Assembly: GCA_030704615.1 (NCBI GenBank)
Contig: CM060732.1
Coordinates: 65,906,001 to 65,970,000 of the forward strand
Reading direction: 5' to 3'
Length of the DNA stretch: 64,000 nt
Origin: Takakia lepidozioides
Taxonomy: Eukaryota > Plantae > Bryophyta
Each line of letters starts with the position of its first letter. Positions within the stretch are counted from its first letter, which is position 1. Below, in pieces: positions 37,701-51,095 of the stretch. The notes below the pieces were generated by a model. That model searched no databases. It worked only from the letters and a program-made list of their open reading frames with translations, and was not told the DNA's origin. Made by a program: the position numbers and the translations under genes.

Positions 37701-39714
37701 CTAACAGAGGTATAGTCTGAGCTGATTAGGGTCCACATATGGTGATACCTCAACAGAGGTATAGTAAAAGAGACAAGCTACTGTTTGGTATACTAACAGA
37801 TGTATAGTTTGAGCTGATTAGGGTTCACATATGGTGATACCTCAATAGAGGTATAGTAAAATGGACAAGCTCCTGTTTGGTATACTAACAGAGGCATAGT
37901 CTCACATTAGGATTCACATATGGTGATACCTCAACAGAGGTATAGTCAAAGGGACAAGCTCCTGTTTGGTATACTAACAGAGGTATAGTCTGAGCATACA
38001 CTACTAGGGTTTGTAATGAAGAGCTAGAATGCAAGTCCTTGACTTCTATGCTTCTACTCAAGCAAAAATATGGTCTCTAGGTGGTCATAAGAGACATCTT
38101 CTTGCTCTCTTCCACCCCAATGTGCAACCAAGAGTGGTCCAACTCAACTTGCAAGTCATTGTCCACCAAATCAATCCCCCTTCTAGTCCTTGGGATTTGA
38201 TTGCAAACTACCATATCTCCATTGCCGAGCAATCATGCATTTGTCTCCTCATCACTTGACAATTGCTCCAAATCAACACAAATTATCTCAATGTGTAGGA
38301 GCAATGCTTGTCACTTACAATAATGCTCCCAAGCAATCCGCCTTGGATCCCACTCTCACGCCATATGCCTCATTTGGGGTCTTGCACCAATCCATCATCC
38401 ATGTGCTCCCCGTGGTCATTTGAATGCATGTTTCATGACCTCTTGGCCTATGTGTTGCTCTCCTTCATCATAACATGAATCAACACCTCTCCACTTCACA
38501 CACAAATGGATCTCAAAGGCCTTCACCTTTTGCTAGTTCAAGAGCTCCCCTTCTCAAACTTGAACTTACAAACTCAAGCGAGCATACTCCACACATGCAC
38601 CACTTGCTTGATCAACTATCCACCACAAAGCTCGCACTACTAAGAGCATGAATAGTCAAGTATTGCCTCCCCCTCTTGTCACATTACATAGTTAGGGTGA
38701 AGCTATGCATACATTGAATGATGATTTCCCTTCAAGGATTTCCCACCACATGTTCTCCAAGCCCTTCCAATGGCACCCTAAGCTTGGCTCCACACCACCA
38801 TGATTGGAAGATTTCTTCACATGCTCCCTTTCAAAACCTCTTGAGCTTCTTAGTGCTCTCCAAGTGCTTGCCCTTGTTGTCTTCAAGCCCAAGCATATAT
38901 AGCTCATTGGCTTCTCTTCCACAACATCCACACTTTGAACTTGCTTAACCCTAGCTTGATAGTGAAATGAGCACTAACAAGCCTTTAGTCACTCTCCACA
39001 AGCCATGGCGCACACCATCGACTCCATAATGGATTCTCAAACCCTAGAATCCATGCTTCCACACACACAAGACTTCCTCCTCACAATCCTTGCAAAATCT
39101 TGTGACTCAAGAGCTTTCTTCTCAAGCTCTCCAACTCCTTGGTGCATGCAATACTCGAGCACCTTTCTTTGCAACCCCTTGCAAGCCTTGTGATACAAGA
39201 GCTAAATTCTCCTAGCTCTCAACCTCTTTAAAATACAAGTGCAAAACTAATCCTTACACTCCGCACTCACAAGCATAAGGTGATCTTCTTGTAGTGATAA
39301 GAGATGAGAAATGAGAGAAGTAGAAGACAATGAAAGCTCTCAAAGCATGAAGCAATCACATGAAGAACAAGCCCTAGTCCTTCCAAGTGAAATCCACTCT
39401 ATCACATAAACTAAGTCAAGCCAAGGGCACCTTTGCTAAAGGAATCCACCCTACAAAGCCCTCAACACACTCCCTCTCAATACTAGAGCTATGGAGATGA
39501 GAGAAGCTCATGGAGGCTCAACTACAAGAAGATGAGCCTCCTCAACACTCACAAGGGGAAAACCTATCTCCATGTCTCAAGTGAGGCTCGACACCTCACT
39601 TGGCATGTGAGACCAAATGAAGTCCCAACACACAAAATATAAATATAAATATCTAAAATGTCATAGTTAACTAGAAGTAGGTAATTCTAGATAACCATGA
39701 CTAAAACCATGACA
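34751..39714 (-). mobile_element. Non-autonomous Gypsy-like retroelement with split direct repeats; gag, integrase C-terminus and PHD remnants
   Basis: Repeat A at 34751-34837 and 35260-35346; repeat B at 34837-35257 and 39295-39714; TG..CA ends; ACGA on both flanks. Gag-like LDDFIQEFDSWC (36434-36784), integrase tail IAQHRDTLRYA..RRFNPGDYVY, and PHD finger CMLC..CDQC..WHMGC..WLCPHC (35602-35904). Confidence 0.88.
37600..37995. repeat. Higher-order tandem array (about 92-bp dimer, 9 copies of the AACAGAGGTATAGT core) inside the retroelement leader
   Basis: Alternating GATACCTCAACAGAGGTATAGT and CTGTTTGGTATACTAACAGAGGTATAGT units. Confidence 0.9.
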
Positions 39715-40459
39715 ACGAAGTGAAGCGAGCTTTGTTAAAAGAAAACTGATTGCAAGCCTCATTATCAAACACGCCAGCATCTGCAATGAGGTCCTCATCT
39801 TCATCAATCGTATTGTCTTCGGACAAAAAGAAATCCTTGATCCCACGCTCAACCGCCTTGCAATCCATCCGCACGTCATCCGGCCCATTATTTAAAATTA
39901 GCACTAATTTGTCGAGGTTGTCAATGCCAAGTTGACATTGCCCTATCGACATGTGCTAAAAAATAAAAAATAGTGGCGGGCCTTTTGGGCTGGACATGCC
40001 TTGACTCCCCCAGCCCAGCTTCATATCTATATGAGAGAGAGAAGACTCCGGCCGGGCGGCATAACTAAGAGCCACTTCGCCTTGCGGCTACTGCACCCTT
40101 TTGGGGGTGGGCCCTATACATCTATACCATGTGTATAGTTAGTCCTTGTTTTTGTCCATAATACCCAGTATTGGAATTGTCAATACCAGGCGGTTCGGTT
40201 ATTAACTCTAGTATTACAACAGCCAATACCAGCTGGGTCGGTTATTACCTTGGTTGATTCGGAATGGGTTCGAAAATGGTGAAGCAGAGAAGCATGATTC
40301 AGAAGAAGGGGAGATTGTACGAGGAGGAGGAGGAGGAGGATTCACCAAGCAATGGGTCTCAGCACCAAAATGTGGAAGCATTGGCGCCATTTAAATCACA
40401 TCTCACTAGACAGAGAGACCAAAGGCATGCTTGAGTTTTGACACACATATCAAAGGAGA

Positions 40460-43400
40460 ATGGCACTTGTGATGAGCAAAGATTGGATACGAAAGCAGTG
40501 CAAAGTCCATGGTCTGTACCAGACACCCGCCCTCAATGACCGCCTCTATCTCCATAACCACGGATTCGCAGTCATCGAAAATTTGGAGGAATACACTGTA
40601 TACTACTTATACTATTTCCCCCTTGCCCTCTTTCTTTTCTGTGATCCTGTCAGAATCAAGTTTGGAGAGGCTGTAGTTAGAAAGCCGGTTTCTTGTCAGT
40701 TTTTTTTTGCTTCTATTGTGAAAACGGCTGGGTATTATTGCAGGGGGTTAGGTTGCTGTATCTGGATGGCAATTGCATAGACAGCCTCGAAGGTCTGAAG
40801 GGCATGACTCGGCTCCAATGCTTGTGAGGCTCTCTCTCATTCTAGATGTAATTGTTTTCTGCTTCTCTCCTTCCTCTGACATACCCGCCGGGAGTAAAGC
40901 TCAATCTTGCAAGTGGAACGTTACTGGGTCTAGAAGTACCATCGCCGTTTCACCCTGAGATCATCTCATAACCTCATGCAAATGTGATGGCCCTTGGGGT
41001 TGTGTGGGCACAAGGCTACAGTTTTGATATGACAAAGCATCACCCTCACAAGTGCATTCACTCTATACGAGGCCAGTTGATGACCTACTGTTGCAGTATC
41101 ATGGCAGTGTTTGCAAACTGTTTGGTAACTTACCATCTCTGCTTTCTCTGGTCCAGGTACATGCGGAAAAACTATGTGGGATGCATAGAGCACTTGGAGA
41201 ATTTCAAAGAATTAGATACTCTTGACCTCAGGTCTTTCCACAGTCTCATTCATAAGGAGGCTCATTTGACCAAGGCATATGGAAGAGCAGTTTACAAGCC
41301 TTAGGAAAGAGGTGGGACAGGGAGGCTATCTCCTAGGTTTGAGATCATGAATACCACCAGCGTTGATTTTAGGCATTCCTGGCTTGAGTGGTTTTGTAAG
41401 GTCAGCAGTCTTAGCAGCGTAGTGTGAGGACGTCCCTTAGGAAGTCAACATGTTCATGTCTGCAGTGAAAATGTCCTCAAGAAGTTGGAGAATCTGGCGG
41501 GTTGCCCCAATTTGAAGGTGTTGAACGTGGCAAGCAATTATCTCAGATCAGCTGAATCGATCATACATCTCCTGCAGTGCCCCAACATAGAGTACCTCCT
41601 CCACGCTCTTCTATTTTCTGTGACTTTCATATATGGCGTTAAATCCCTCCCCCTCTAGTCTTTTCTTTTCTACAAAGAATGGGACTCTCAAATGAACTTC
41701 ACAAATCGAATCCCAACCTTGGCAGTCCAAAAAATGTAATTCTAGCAATGACAGTGGAGAGTGAAGTGCACCAAGTGTAGACAGACTGGGAAGTGGTGAG
41801 CTCATCTTTCTCTCTCTCTGGGCGCGGGGTCTGTGGCCAGAAGGCTGTGGCAAATAAAGTCTTATCTCTCTCTCTCTCTCTCTCTTCAGTATAGTTTTGC
41901 CTTTATCCACTTGTCCATCCTCATGATTTTTCCGTTAATCAGATGAACAAATGACATAAAATGGAATGCTTCAACTGAAGGAGAAATTAGGGATCTGGCT
42001 TTTAAAGCTTCAGTGATCGCAAGACCTTCCTCATGCCAACCTGGGATCTCTCTCCCAAGTGCCAACTTGACTTCATTAAGAGGATTGAGTTGGTGGCTCT
42101 TTAATGTGCATGATCTCTTCCCTTGCACCACATAGGTGGATGTCGTATGTCACCCATTGTGGGCAATCCCCTATAAAATGGCTCCAAGGTGAGGTAAGAC
42201 ATGTCATTTCTATTTTTAAGTTGACATCCTGCAAGAAACACTCTCCTACCCTTTCCATGTAACAGTACAATTTGACTTTTAAGCCGGAAGATGATGTGTG
42301 AACCAGGGTGCTAGATCTGTCGCAAAATAAGCTGGAGGATGGAGAGGGGTTGCTCGCCATTGTGAGAGCGCTGCCGGTGCTGGCCTGTCTGTACCTCTCA
42401 GGCAACCCCTGTGTTTCCAAAATCCCTCATTATCGCAAGGTTTCTACCATTCTCCACCTTTGCACCCAAGCCTCACCAAAGATTTGAGACGGGGACCTTC
42501 AAAAGAGATGAGAGTGTAGGTTACTTGTGTTTACGTCTATTTATGGGTATGATATGTGATTGCTTCTTGGCAAAAGGCGATATAGGTTACTTGGTGGTTT
42601 GTATATCTGTTCTGGTGTTGAGGGAACTGCTATGAAGAGAAAGAAGTGCCAGTTTAGGGGTGGAGAAACAAAGAATGAGCGAGTAGACTTCCACGCTTGC
42701 ACATTTATATAGGCACTCAGCTTATCCATCAAATGCTCATCAGCTGTAGAAGGGTGGGATGGTTGGCAGACAATGATATCATCTGCTCAACAGCTCAAGC
42801 ATTTGGACAAAATGCCAGTCTTCTGGGATGAGCGCCTTTATGCAGAGGCATGGTGGGTCTAAGCTTTCACTGTATTCCCAGCTTCAAAGTGTGTCAAGGA
42901 CCTAATTTTTCTGTGTGAACATAACAGAAAAAGAGAGACAAAAAAATGTATTACGTCCACAAGAGGCCTTGCATAAAGGCAGCATGCCTCAAGCCTGTTG
43001 TGCTCAGCTCATAACAATCTGGTTGCAGGGATGTGTGTGCAGATTAAGGGCTGACATCAAAGTACCGGATGTTGATGTCCTGAGGAGGAATAGAGAGAGA
43101 CAGAGTGACGGCATTGACTAGTGCTAGGGATCAATTGCAGGGTCAAAGGGGGTGTAGAAGCTGAAGCGGCAGAACGATCACGAGCAAAGAATGTACGATT
43201 CAACACTGAAGCGCTCCAATTTGAAGGTTAGTGGTCTTGCCGTAAGAGCGAAGTGGTTTTGCATGCATTGTGCCTTAGTCCTTCAAAGTGCAGTAACTTG
43301 CCTCCAGTCATGACCATGTGAGGGTCTGTGGGGAAGTTGGTTCCCTTATGAAATATTCCAGACAAAAGTTGTAACAGCCATTGACCTTCAGTTCCGTCCA

Positions 43401-45640
43401 AGTTTGCAAGACATCATTGTAGAGCTACTCCAGCTTCCCTCATAGACGGAATGGACAGGTCTTCACAGCGTTAAACAATTCATTCCAAGAGTGGCAGTTT
43501 CTGTCCCTTGTTTGTGGGAATAATCCTCTGTTGTAAAGTACTTACGAGAGTAGATACTAGATACCCCCAAATTTTATGCTGAAACAAATGCAATCGCTCT
43601 TCCCTTAGAATGTGGACCCTCCTGGTTGAGTCAAATTAATGATGGAGCTGCCATGGCTCTGCAACCATCAACAAAATCCCATCTGAGATTTCTAGGTGCG
43701 CAAATAGTTGAATGTTAGTAGGGAGGAGACAGAATCGAGAGGGAAGCAGTCTGCAATGTGGTGTCCAAAAAACTTAGTTGTTGCAGAACAATCTTTTATC
43801 ATGGGTGAGTGCAGCAATGAGGAGTTTGCGGAACCAAAACATGAATGAGCGGATGCAGTCAATTGAAACTCCTTTGTTACAATTTGATGAAAGTGAACTC
43901 AATCCAGACCCCATACCTGGTCTTGAAGATGAGACTGGATCAGACCCCCAATTAAAAGGTGAAGAAGAGGCAGCCCCAAACCTGGCGGAAGAATCTGGGC
44001 CCAAGGATAGGCTGAATATGGGACCTGATTGTGAGCCAAGATCTGAGCCTGAGGTTAAGCTCAACCCTGAATCCTTACCCATGGTTGACATCGATCTCAA
44101 GTATGAACATGAGTCCGAATCTAACTCCAAACTTGAATCTGAGTATTTTGATGACGACTGCGCTGGTGCAGAAGCTGAATTCAACTGTCAAACTAAATCC
44201 AATTCAACTTTTAGCAGTGGACCTGAGCCCATACCCGAACTTGTACTTGAAGTAGATGCTGAGCATGAATGGGATGTCCATCTCGAACTGGAACATGAAC
44301 ATCAAGCTAAACCCGAATCTCCGGCACAAAATCAGCACAAATTCATTACTGAACCTGAACCTGAACCTGAACTTGATCACACAGCTGATGAGGTCAAACT
44401 TGAACATCACCAGGGTTTAGAAGATGGACTGGGGGCTGAAACCCAACTTGAACCCAACATAGATGCTCCATCTGACCTGAGCCTTGACCCTGTAGCTGAG
44501 CTAGATGACCCTGAGAGCATGAGCGAAGTCCAAGTGATACTGACACAGATGTCCCAATATGCACCTGGACCTGAGCCCAGGCCTCAACTCCAACCTTCTT
44601 GTGAACCAAAGTTAAAAAGCACCCTCACAGTAGAACCTAAAACTAATGATGAACACTACTCCCATCATAAACAGAACCTTAAAACCCAAACCGCACTCAA
44701 AACAGAGAATTACCTAGACCACCCCGAGATGTCAGAACCCCTATCTACAGTTGGTTCAGCACTCATTTCTGAGACTCAGATTGAACTCAAGCCTAAATTT
44801 GCAGTCCAAGATAACATCAAACTGGAATTTGGTGCTGCACTTGGACATGAGTCTTTGCCTCGGATGGAATTTGGGCACCAAACTCAATCCAATCCTATTT
44901 TTGAGCATGACTCCACATCTGACACTCCAGTCGAGCACAAGTCTTCAAATAATCTGGAAGGTATGCTTCAAACCCATTTCAACCATGTGTTTGAGCTCAA
45001 GCCAGAACATGGCACTGCGCTTGAACATGAGTCCTCACCACCACTAAAATCCGCACTTCAAACTCAATTCAACCCTATCTTTGAGATCAAGCCAGAGCCT
45101 GACACTGCACTTGAACATGAGTCTTCACCACTACTAAAATCCGCACTTGAAACTCAATTCAACCGTGTCTTTGAGATCAAAGCAGAGCCTGGAGCCAAGT
45201 GCGAACATGGGTTTTCTTCTCAAGCAGAATCTGTGCCTCAAAATCAACTCAACCCTGTTTCTGAAATCAAACCAGAGTCCACAGCTGCATTGGAACAAGA
45301 TTCCTCAGCTCAATGGGATTGCAAGCTTCAAAGTCAATCTAGCCCTGTTTTTGAACCTGATCAATGCAGAGCTCCACCTCAGTCTGCTGTCCATCAGGAG
45401 GTGCTGCTTCAACCAGACTCTGGGCTAGGATGTTTATCTCATCTCACCCCTGGATTTGGTGCCAATCTTGAGCCCGCATACAACCCTGACGCTGACGCTG
45501 AGCAGCCCATAGACAAATGTGATCTTGAACTTGGAGAACCTAATATAGCAGCAGAACACTTTCATGAAGGTATAAGGGAGTCTGACCGACATTTTCTTGG
45601 AATGTGCTTGTCAGTTGAGCCTCTTGAAAGTGACACCTAA
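40460..45640 (+). CDS. DNAAF1: Dynein axonemal assembly factor 1 (ODA7/LRRC50) with long acidic repetitive C-terminus
   Basis: [28 protein letters not shown]|[10 protein letters not shown]; LRR exons at ~41157, ~41466 and ~42307 ([17 protein letters not shown]); ~42769 ([17 protein letters not shown]); ~43141. The last exon is probably 43814-45640 (phase-compatible, EAMRSLRNQ). Confidence 0.85.
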
Positions 45641-47584
45641 TGTTAGTTGCTCTTCTTCTTTCTCTCCATACCCAGATAGTGGAATTTCTGTCAGGAAAGT
45701 GGCTACATTTTCATAGGTCTGGGCACAGTAAGACCTTATCCTACACTGTATTTTTAAAGTGAATGATCTTTTCTTCTATACACTTCAACACTCAACCCTT
45801 GCCAAGCTGCTAGCAACTTTGCAATCTCTCATAGGGAAATGCCGCCAGAACATGCGATTGACTCATGCCCTGTCAACTACGAAGTGCTGAAAGGCAATGT
45901 CACTATGCTCACAGGGGGTGGAGTGCAATAAACTTTCACCATGCCCTCGTAGTTTTGTACTTTTTTGGTTATATGTTACTGTCCATAAGCCTTTGGGAAT
46001 TTTGAGGACATTACATATACTGCTACGGCTCACTCTCAAACAGCTGAGGTAACAGGTTGAACAAGCCCCATAATGATGGCATTTCCAATTCTGCCTCACA
46101 ATCTCGGCTAGGATAAGGTCCCTTTACCTTTATGTGATTCGCAAACACCATACAGTACAAATTCGCTAGTATACGTCTGCAGAAAAGGAAGTCATCACCT
46201 TGGGTCCTTGAGAGTTTTTGGTGACACTAAAAACTGATTATGCTCCTAACCTTTGAACCACTGTCAGCTCAAAAGTGCACATCACAGTTGGATACTTGAA
46301 CAAAATTTGATATGCTAAGCAGATGTGTTAGAAGTGACAGACAAACAAAAGCAGAGGCTTCCGACAGTGGCCAGGAACCAACAGAACCATCCTTCTATTT
46401 TCAGAACCGGTGGTATGCAATCAGACCCAAGACAAAAGAATTCTATGTGCAGGGGAAGAGCCAGAGAGAGTTGATACTCAAGTGTAGCATATACTAGGCG
46501 CGGTCAGGGCCCTTGAGCATACCACACCAACTCTCATCCATTTCCTTGTCTCTCTGTAAACTCTGTTTCCAATGGGAGCGGAATCGGAGAGATATAGAGC
46601 ATATAATCTCAAGAGTCCAAAGATAGTTGTGGGAGAAAACTCTAGAATGTAATCCTGTAAAACCAAGAAGTTATAATTTAGTTGACCAAGCAACAGCTGC
46701 AGGGACTACAAATCTGTGAGAAAAAACTAGGCCTCCAACCCACCGAAACAACAGTCGAATCAAACAAATGCACGCATGAAGTCCTGATTCAGACATCAGA
46801 GCAATGTCAGGCCCCCAAAGAGAGAGCTCCCCAACTCTGCAGAAAGGACTTTTGGCCTCCTTGACAACCACAGTGATAGAAGCCAATGGCTCACATGCAT
46901 AGACTAAGGCAAACTTTCTGACGCCCAAAAGCGCTAGTAATTCTTTTGTCAGGACAAAATCCCCACAACAGTAAGGCCACTATACAAATACATGAGTTCA
47001 GAAATTGCACCATTGTATGGTGGGTTGGCAGTTGGCAGCCTCAAGATGCAGATGGTCTGGAGAAGTTTGTAACAGAGGTAGTGCCAAGGCAAAGCTACTC
47101 GGTCGCCTCACACAATCTAACCTCTAAAGTAGGTGTGTGTGGATTTCAACCTTGGACAATACTTTGGCTCCTCCCCTGTATGTTTAAGTATACACCCAAA
47201 CTGCGATGAAGAGGCTATGTTTGAGGTCCTGAATAGATGGCAGATACATTGTGAATAGCCACATTTGCAGCATACTTACTAAAGAATGGGCCAGTTCTCG
47301 ATCCATAAAAAGTCCTTGCATGTGCAGGTACATATAACTGAAAGTGTCATCCTCCAAGTTCCTACTCTGTCTCAAGTCTCAACCTTTGGGATTTCCCGTG
47401 TTCAACGACTTCAGGATCTTCTCCAATGTTATGGTTCCTTGCAATTCAGAACAACTCTTTGATATCGTCTTCAATGACTCCAATGGTGCTGTTTAATGAT
47501 GGTACATGAAGAGTGATCGTCTTCATGGGCCGCTCACAGAAAGTATGGACAAATCATTTCTCTCGACTGCATTCTTTGCTCGTG

Positions 47585-50500
47585 TCACCAGTAGTCCCCA
47601 CAAGAACAAACCCCATCTTGGAAGTGGTGAAAACGGTTGGCATCCCTCACAATAACTGCTCGCCCCACAATCTTTGAGATGAACTTGGAGGCCGTGTGGC
47701 AGTCACCACACACTCGAAGGTTCTTCATCACGCAGATAGGCATCCCAGGGCGGGTGCTAATGAGCCCAAATGCAATGGCCAGCTTCTCACTGTGGTGGCA
47801 AAGAGAAAATTCCTTCTGCTCCTCCTCAACATCATGCAATACAAACCGTGTGTCAGGCACATACCCGCTCTCCTTCATCTTCCCAGACATTCTACTCAGC
47901 TCAGCATGGATTTCCTCTATTTGTGGATGCAATTTGTCTTCTACAGCGAACGTATGCACTTGGCCGTCAACTTCAATGAAGCTGCAGCCTGGCTCCTTTT
48001 TGACACCTCTATCCTCCATCATTTGTCGAACCTTTGCTTTATCATCCCACCTGCCAGCCGCCGCATAGATGTTTGATAGCAGCACATAAGTTGCAGCATT
48101 CAGTGGATCCGACTTGAGAAGGCATTTTGCCACTCGTTCTGCTAGCTCGACATCGCCATGAATCCTGCAGGCACCAAGCAAGGCCCCCCAGATTGAAGCA
48201 TCTGGTTCAATTGGCATTTTGCAAATTAGGTCCTGTGCTTCATCCAAGCGCCCTGCACGGCCAAGAAGGTCCACCATGCAGCTAAAATGCTTGAGTGTAG
48301 GTGTTAGGCCATGGTCTCGACTAATGGAATTGAAGTAATGACAGCCTTCATCCACAAGGCCCATATGGCTGCAAGCAGAGAGAACACATATAAAGATAAT
48401 ACCATCTGGCTTCAAGCCTTCATGTTGCATACGTTCAAATAGTCGAAGGGCCTCCCTACCACACCCATGTTGGGCACATCCTGATATCATCGCACTCCAT
48501 GAGACCACATTTCGTTCAGCCATACGGTCAAACACTTGACGTGCATCCTTTACACTCCCACAATTGGCATACATATTAACAAGAGTACTCTCCAATTCAA
48601 TAGATACAATTCCAGCCTTGATGATGTCAGCATGGACCTCTTTGCCTTTTCCCAAGGCTCCTAGGCCTGCACAAGCATTGAGAACACAAATGAACGTGAC
48701 CTTGTTCGGTATCACCCCTTCCTGTAACATTTGTTTATACATCTCAAAAGCCTCCCGACCACACCCATGCTGTGCATATCCTGCTATCATTGCACTCCAT
48801 GAGACCACATCTCGTTTTACCATGTTGTCAAACACGTGACGTGCATCCTTTATGCTCCCACATTTGGCATACATGTCAGCGAGGGCAGACTCCAGAATGT
48901 CATCAGATGCAATCCCAGCTATGATGATGTCAGCATGGACCTCTTTCCCTTTTCTCAGGTCTGCCAAGCTAGCACACGCATTGAGAACAGAAATAAACGT
49001 GACCTTGTCAGGTATCACACCTTCCTTTATCATTTGCTCATACATCTCAAAAGCCTCCCTAGGACACCCATACTGAGCATATCCTGCAATCATAACACTC
49101 CATGAGACCACATTTCGCTCAGCCATATTGTCAAAAACTTGCCGTGCATCCTTGAGGTTCCTGCTTTTGGCATACATGTCAGCAAGAGCAGTCTGCAGAA
49201 TAACATCCGGTGCAATTCCAGTTTTGATGATGTCAGCATGGACCTCTTTGCCCTTTTCCACTGCACCTAAGCTGGCACACGCATTGACAACACAAATGAA
49301 TGTAACCTTGTTGGGTGTCACTCCTTCCAGTTTCATTTGCTCATAGATCTCAAAAGCCTTCCTACCATACCCAAGCTTTGCATATCCCGCCATCATTGTA
49401 GTACATGTAAACACATCTCGTTGAGGCATTTCGTCAAACACTTGGCGTGCATCCTTTATGCTCCCACACTTCACGTACATGTTGACAAGGGTGTTGAGTA
49501 GAGAGATTTTTGGCTTGAATCCACTCCGAATAATGTGGGTGTGGATCTGCTTTCCCTCTGCAAGCCCTTTCTTGTTGATGCACTCCTGCAAGACACAGAC
49601 ATACGTACTGGAGTCAGCCTGTATATCTCCATTGTTCAATATGTGCACCGCTTCTTTCAGCCGTCCTGTCTTACATAGTGTTCTTACAGCCCCACAAGTG
49701 GTAGAAGAGCTCTGGCTGAGTCCCTTTCTTGATCCTCTTTCAAGGGCACTGGTAATAGTGGAGGTGCTAGTGTTGCTGCCAGTTGAATGTTCAATGAACA
49801 ACTGTGCCTGATTCAACCCCGCCATCCTGCATGACTCCAAACTTTCAGGTGTAAACCATACACTTAAAACCCACATAAATGTATTTCGAACACTCCTGAT
49901 TTTCAAAAAGAGACCACTGAGGGCACTCTCCTCCCTACATACCAGCAGGGTAACAACATTTACTTTCAGAACCATCTATCCCACTCCTATTGAAACTCTT
50001 AAAACATCATCACAACATACCTGCTGTATGCACAACCTGGGGCTCCATGCTGTACATCAACACAAGAACAATCACCGAATTGTGCTTGGCCTTGTTTCCT
50101 GGCAGAAAGCTCGGATTTCACCCAAGGCGGTTTCGGGCAGTCCTCAATCCAGAGGACCTCATTTGTGGGCGTATGTCTGAAGTAGGGTGCACTTGGAGTT
50201 CTCTGTGAAACCCCCACTGGGCAGCTGAGCATCAATAGTTTCAACCAAAGCCCCAAACAGACCAGGCTAAAACGAGCCAAGATCCAACCTTGAACAATAT
50301 ACTGATAGCAACAGTAAGAACCACTTTTGATAATTTTTTGCAGCAAAGGGCAAGCAAATCAACATGCCAATTCCAGTCACAACCCCTCCTTGAGGAACTC
50401 TTTCATGCCATTAATCAAGATAGCCTCACCTTATCAAATCTATTGTCCCACCACTCTGAGGGATCTGAGAAGATTTCCTTCCACAGCCATTGGGTGCTGA

Positions 50501-51095
50501 TTGCTTGCAACGAACTCAAAGAACCTGAGAACTTTGCCAATGCTGATTGCGTCAGTCTATATTCAGGAGTGCTAATTCTTAACTATAAATCTTCAGCAGC
50601 TCCTATCGTGGGTTTTGCGGATATTTAGTAGATGCCATTCTCACCATCCAAGACGGGAATGGGCTATAACAAGTTGGAGGTGCAACAAACTTACACGTTT
50701 CTTTTGCCTGCATTTGGGGTTTAATTCGTTCATTAGTTGCTGTGGTTCGACTGTGTTACTCAACTCTGTTCCATGGCCCCTCCTCTGGGAATCCACAGAA
50801 TCTCGTATCTCTGTCTGAGCAAAGTAGATACACAATTCGAAAGCAGATTCAGATTCCACGACATACTGAAGGAACTGATGGAAGGACAAAAACAGTTTCC
50901 GATTAGACTCACGTTCCTCTCCAGCCCGTGCATGACCATAAAATGAACTTAACGCACTTTCGGCAGTTATGAACCGAGGAAAATTGGGACTCTGAATTTC
51001 CCGTAAGGTCACAATATAGCGACCCAACAGAATAATCAAAGAGTTAAATGTGTCTAGTGTCTACCTCTCTTGGGTTCCCGAGACGTCTTAGCCAT
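47585..51095 (-). CDS. PDF(OSB-type)-motif + PLS-E-DYW PPR protein, C-to-U RNA editing factor type
   Basis: Main exon 49826-47585 has PLS repeats, E1/E2, PG box PGCSF, HSEKLA, CGDC and terminal DYW. Upstream phase-compatible exons: 50202-50021 (RTPSAPYFRHTPTNEVLW..PPWVKSEL), 50524-50430 (WLWKEIFSDPSEWWDNRFDK), and a first exon ending at 51065 (start uncertain, 51095 or about 51273). Confidence 0.92.

Larger units (their letters stand above)
34387..39955 (-). mobile_element. hAT-like DNA transposon remnant interrupted by the Gypsy-like element (pieces 34387-34750 and 39715-39955)
   Basis: CAGTGTT terminus at 34387 with AATACCAGCCGG subterminal motifs. ORF 39701-39952 (CQLGIDNLDKLVLILNNGPDDVRMDC...) resembles the C-terminus of bryophyte hAT transposases. 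No TSD found. Confidence 0.5.

Noticed and set aside
37600-37995. CRISPR-like hairpin repeats
   Set aside because: Intervening sequences are themselves repeated, no cas genes are present, and the context is a eukaryotic retroelement.
38000-39290. Extra ORF upstream of gag in the retroelement
   Set aside because: Multiple stops and no recognisable domain; cannot be supported without other copies.
47585-47990. U-to-C (DYW:KP-type) editing domain
   Set aside because: The PG box, HSEKLA and terminal DYW are the canonical C-to-U type.
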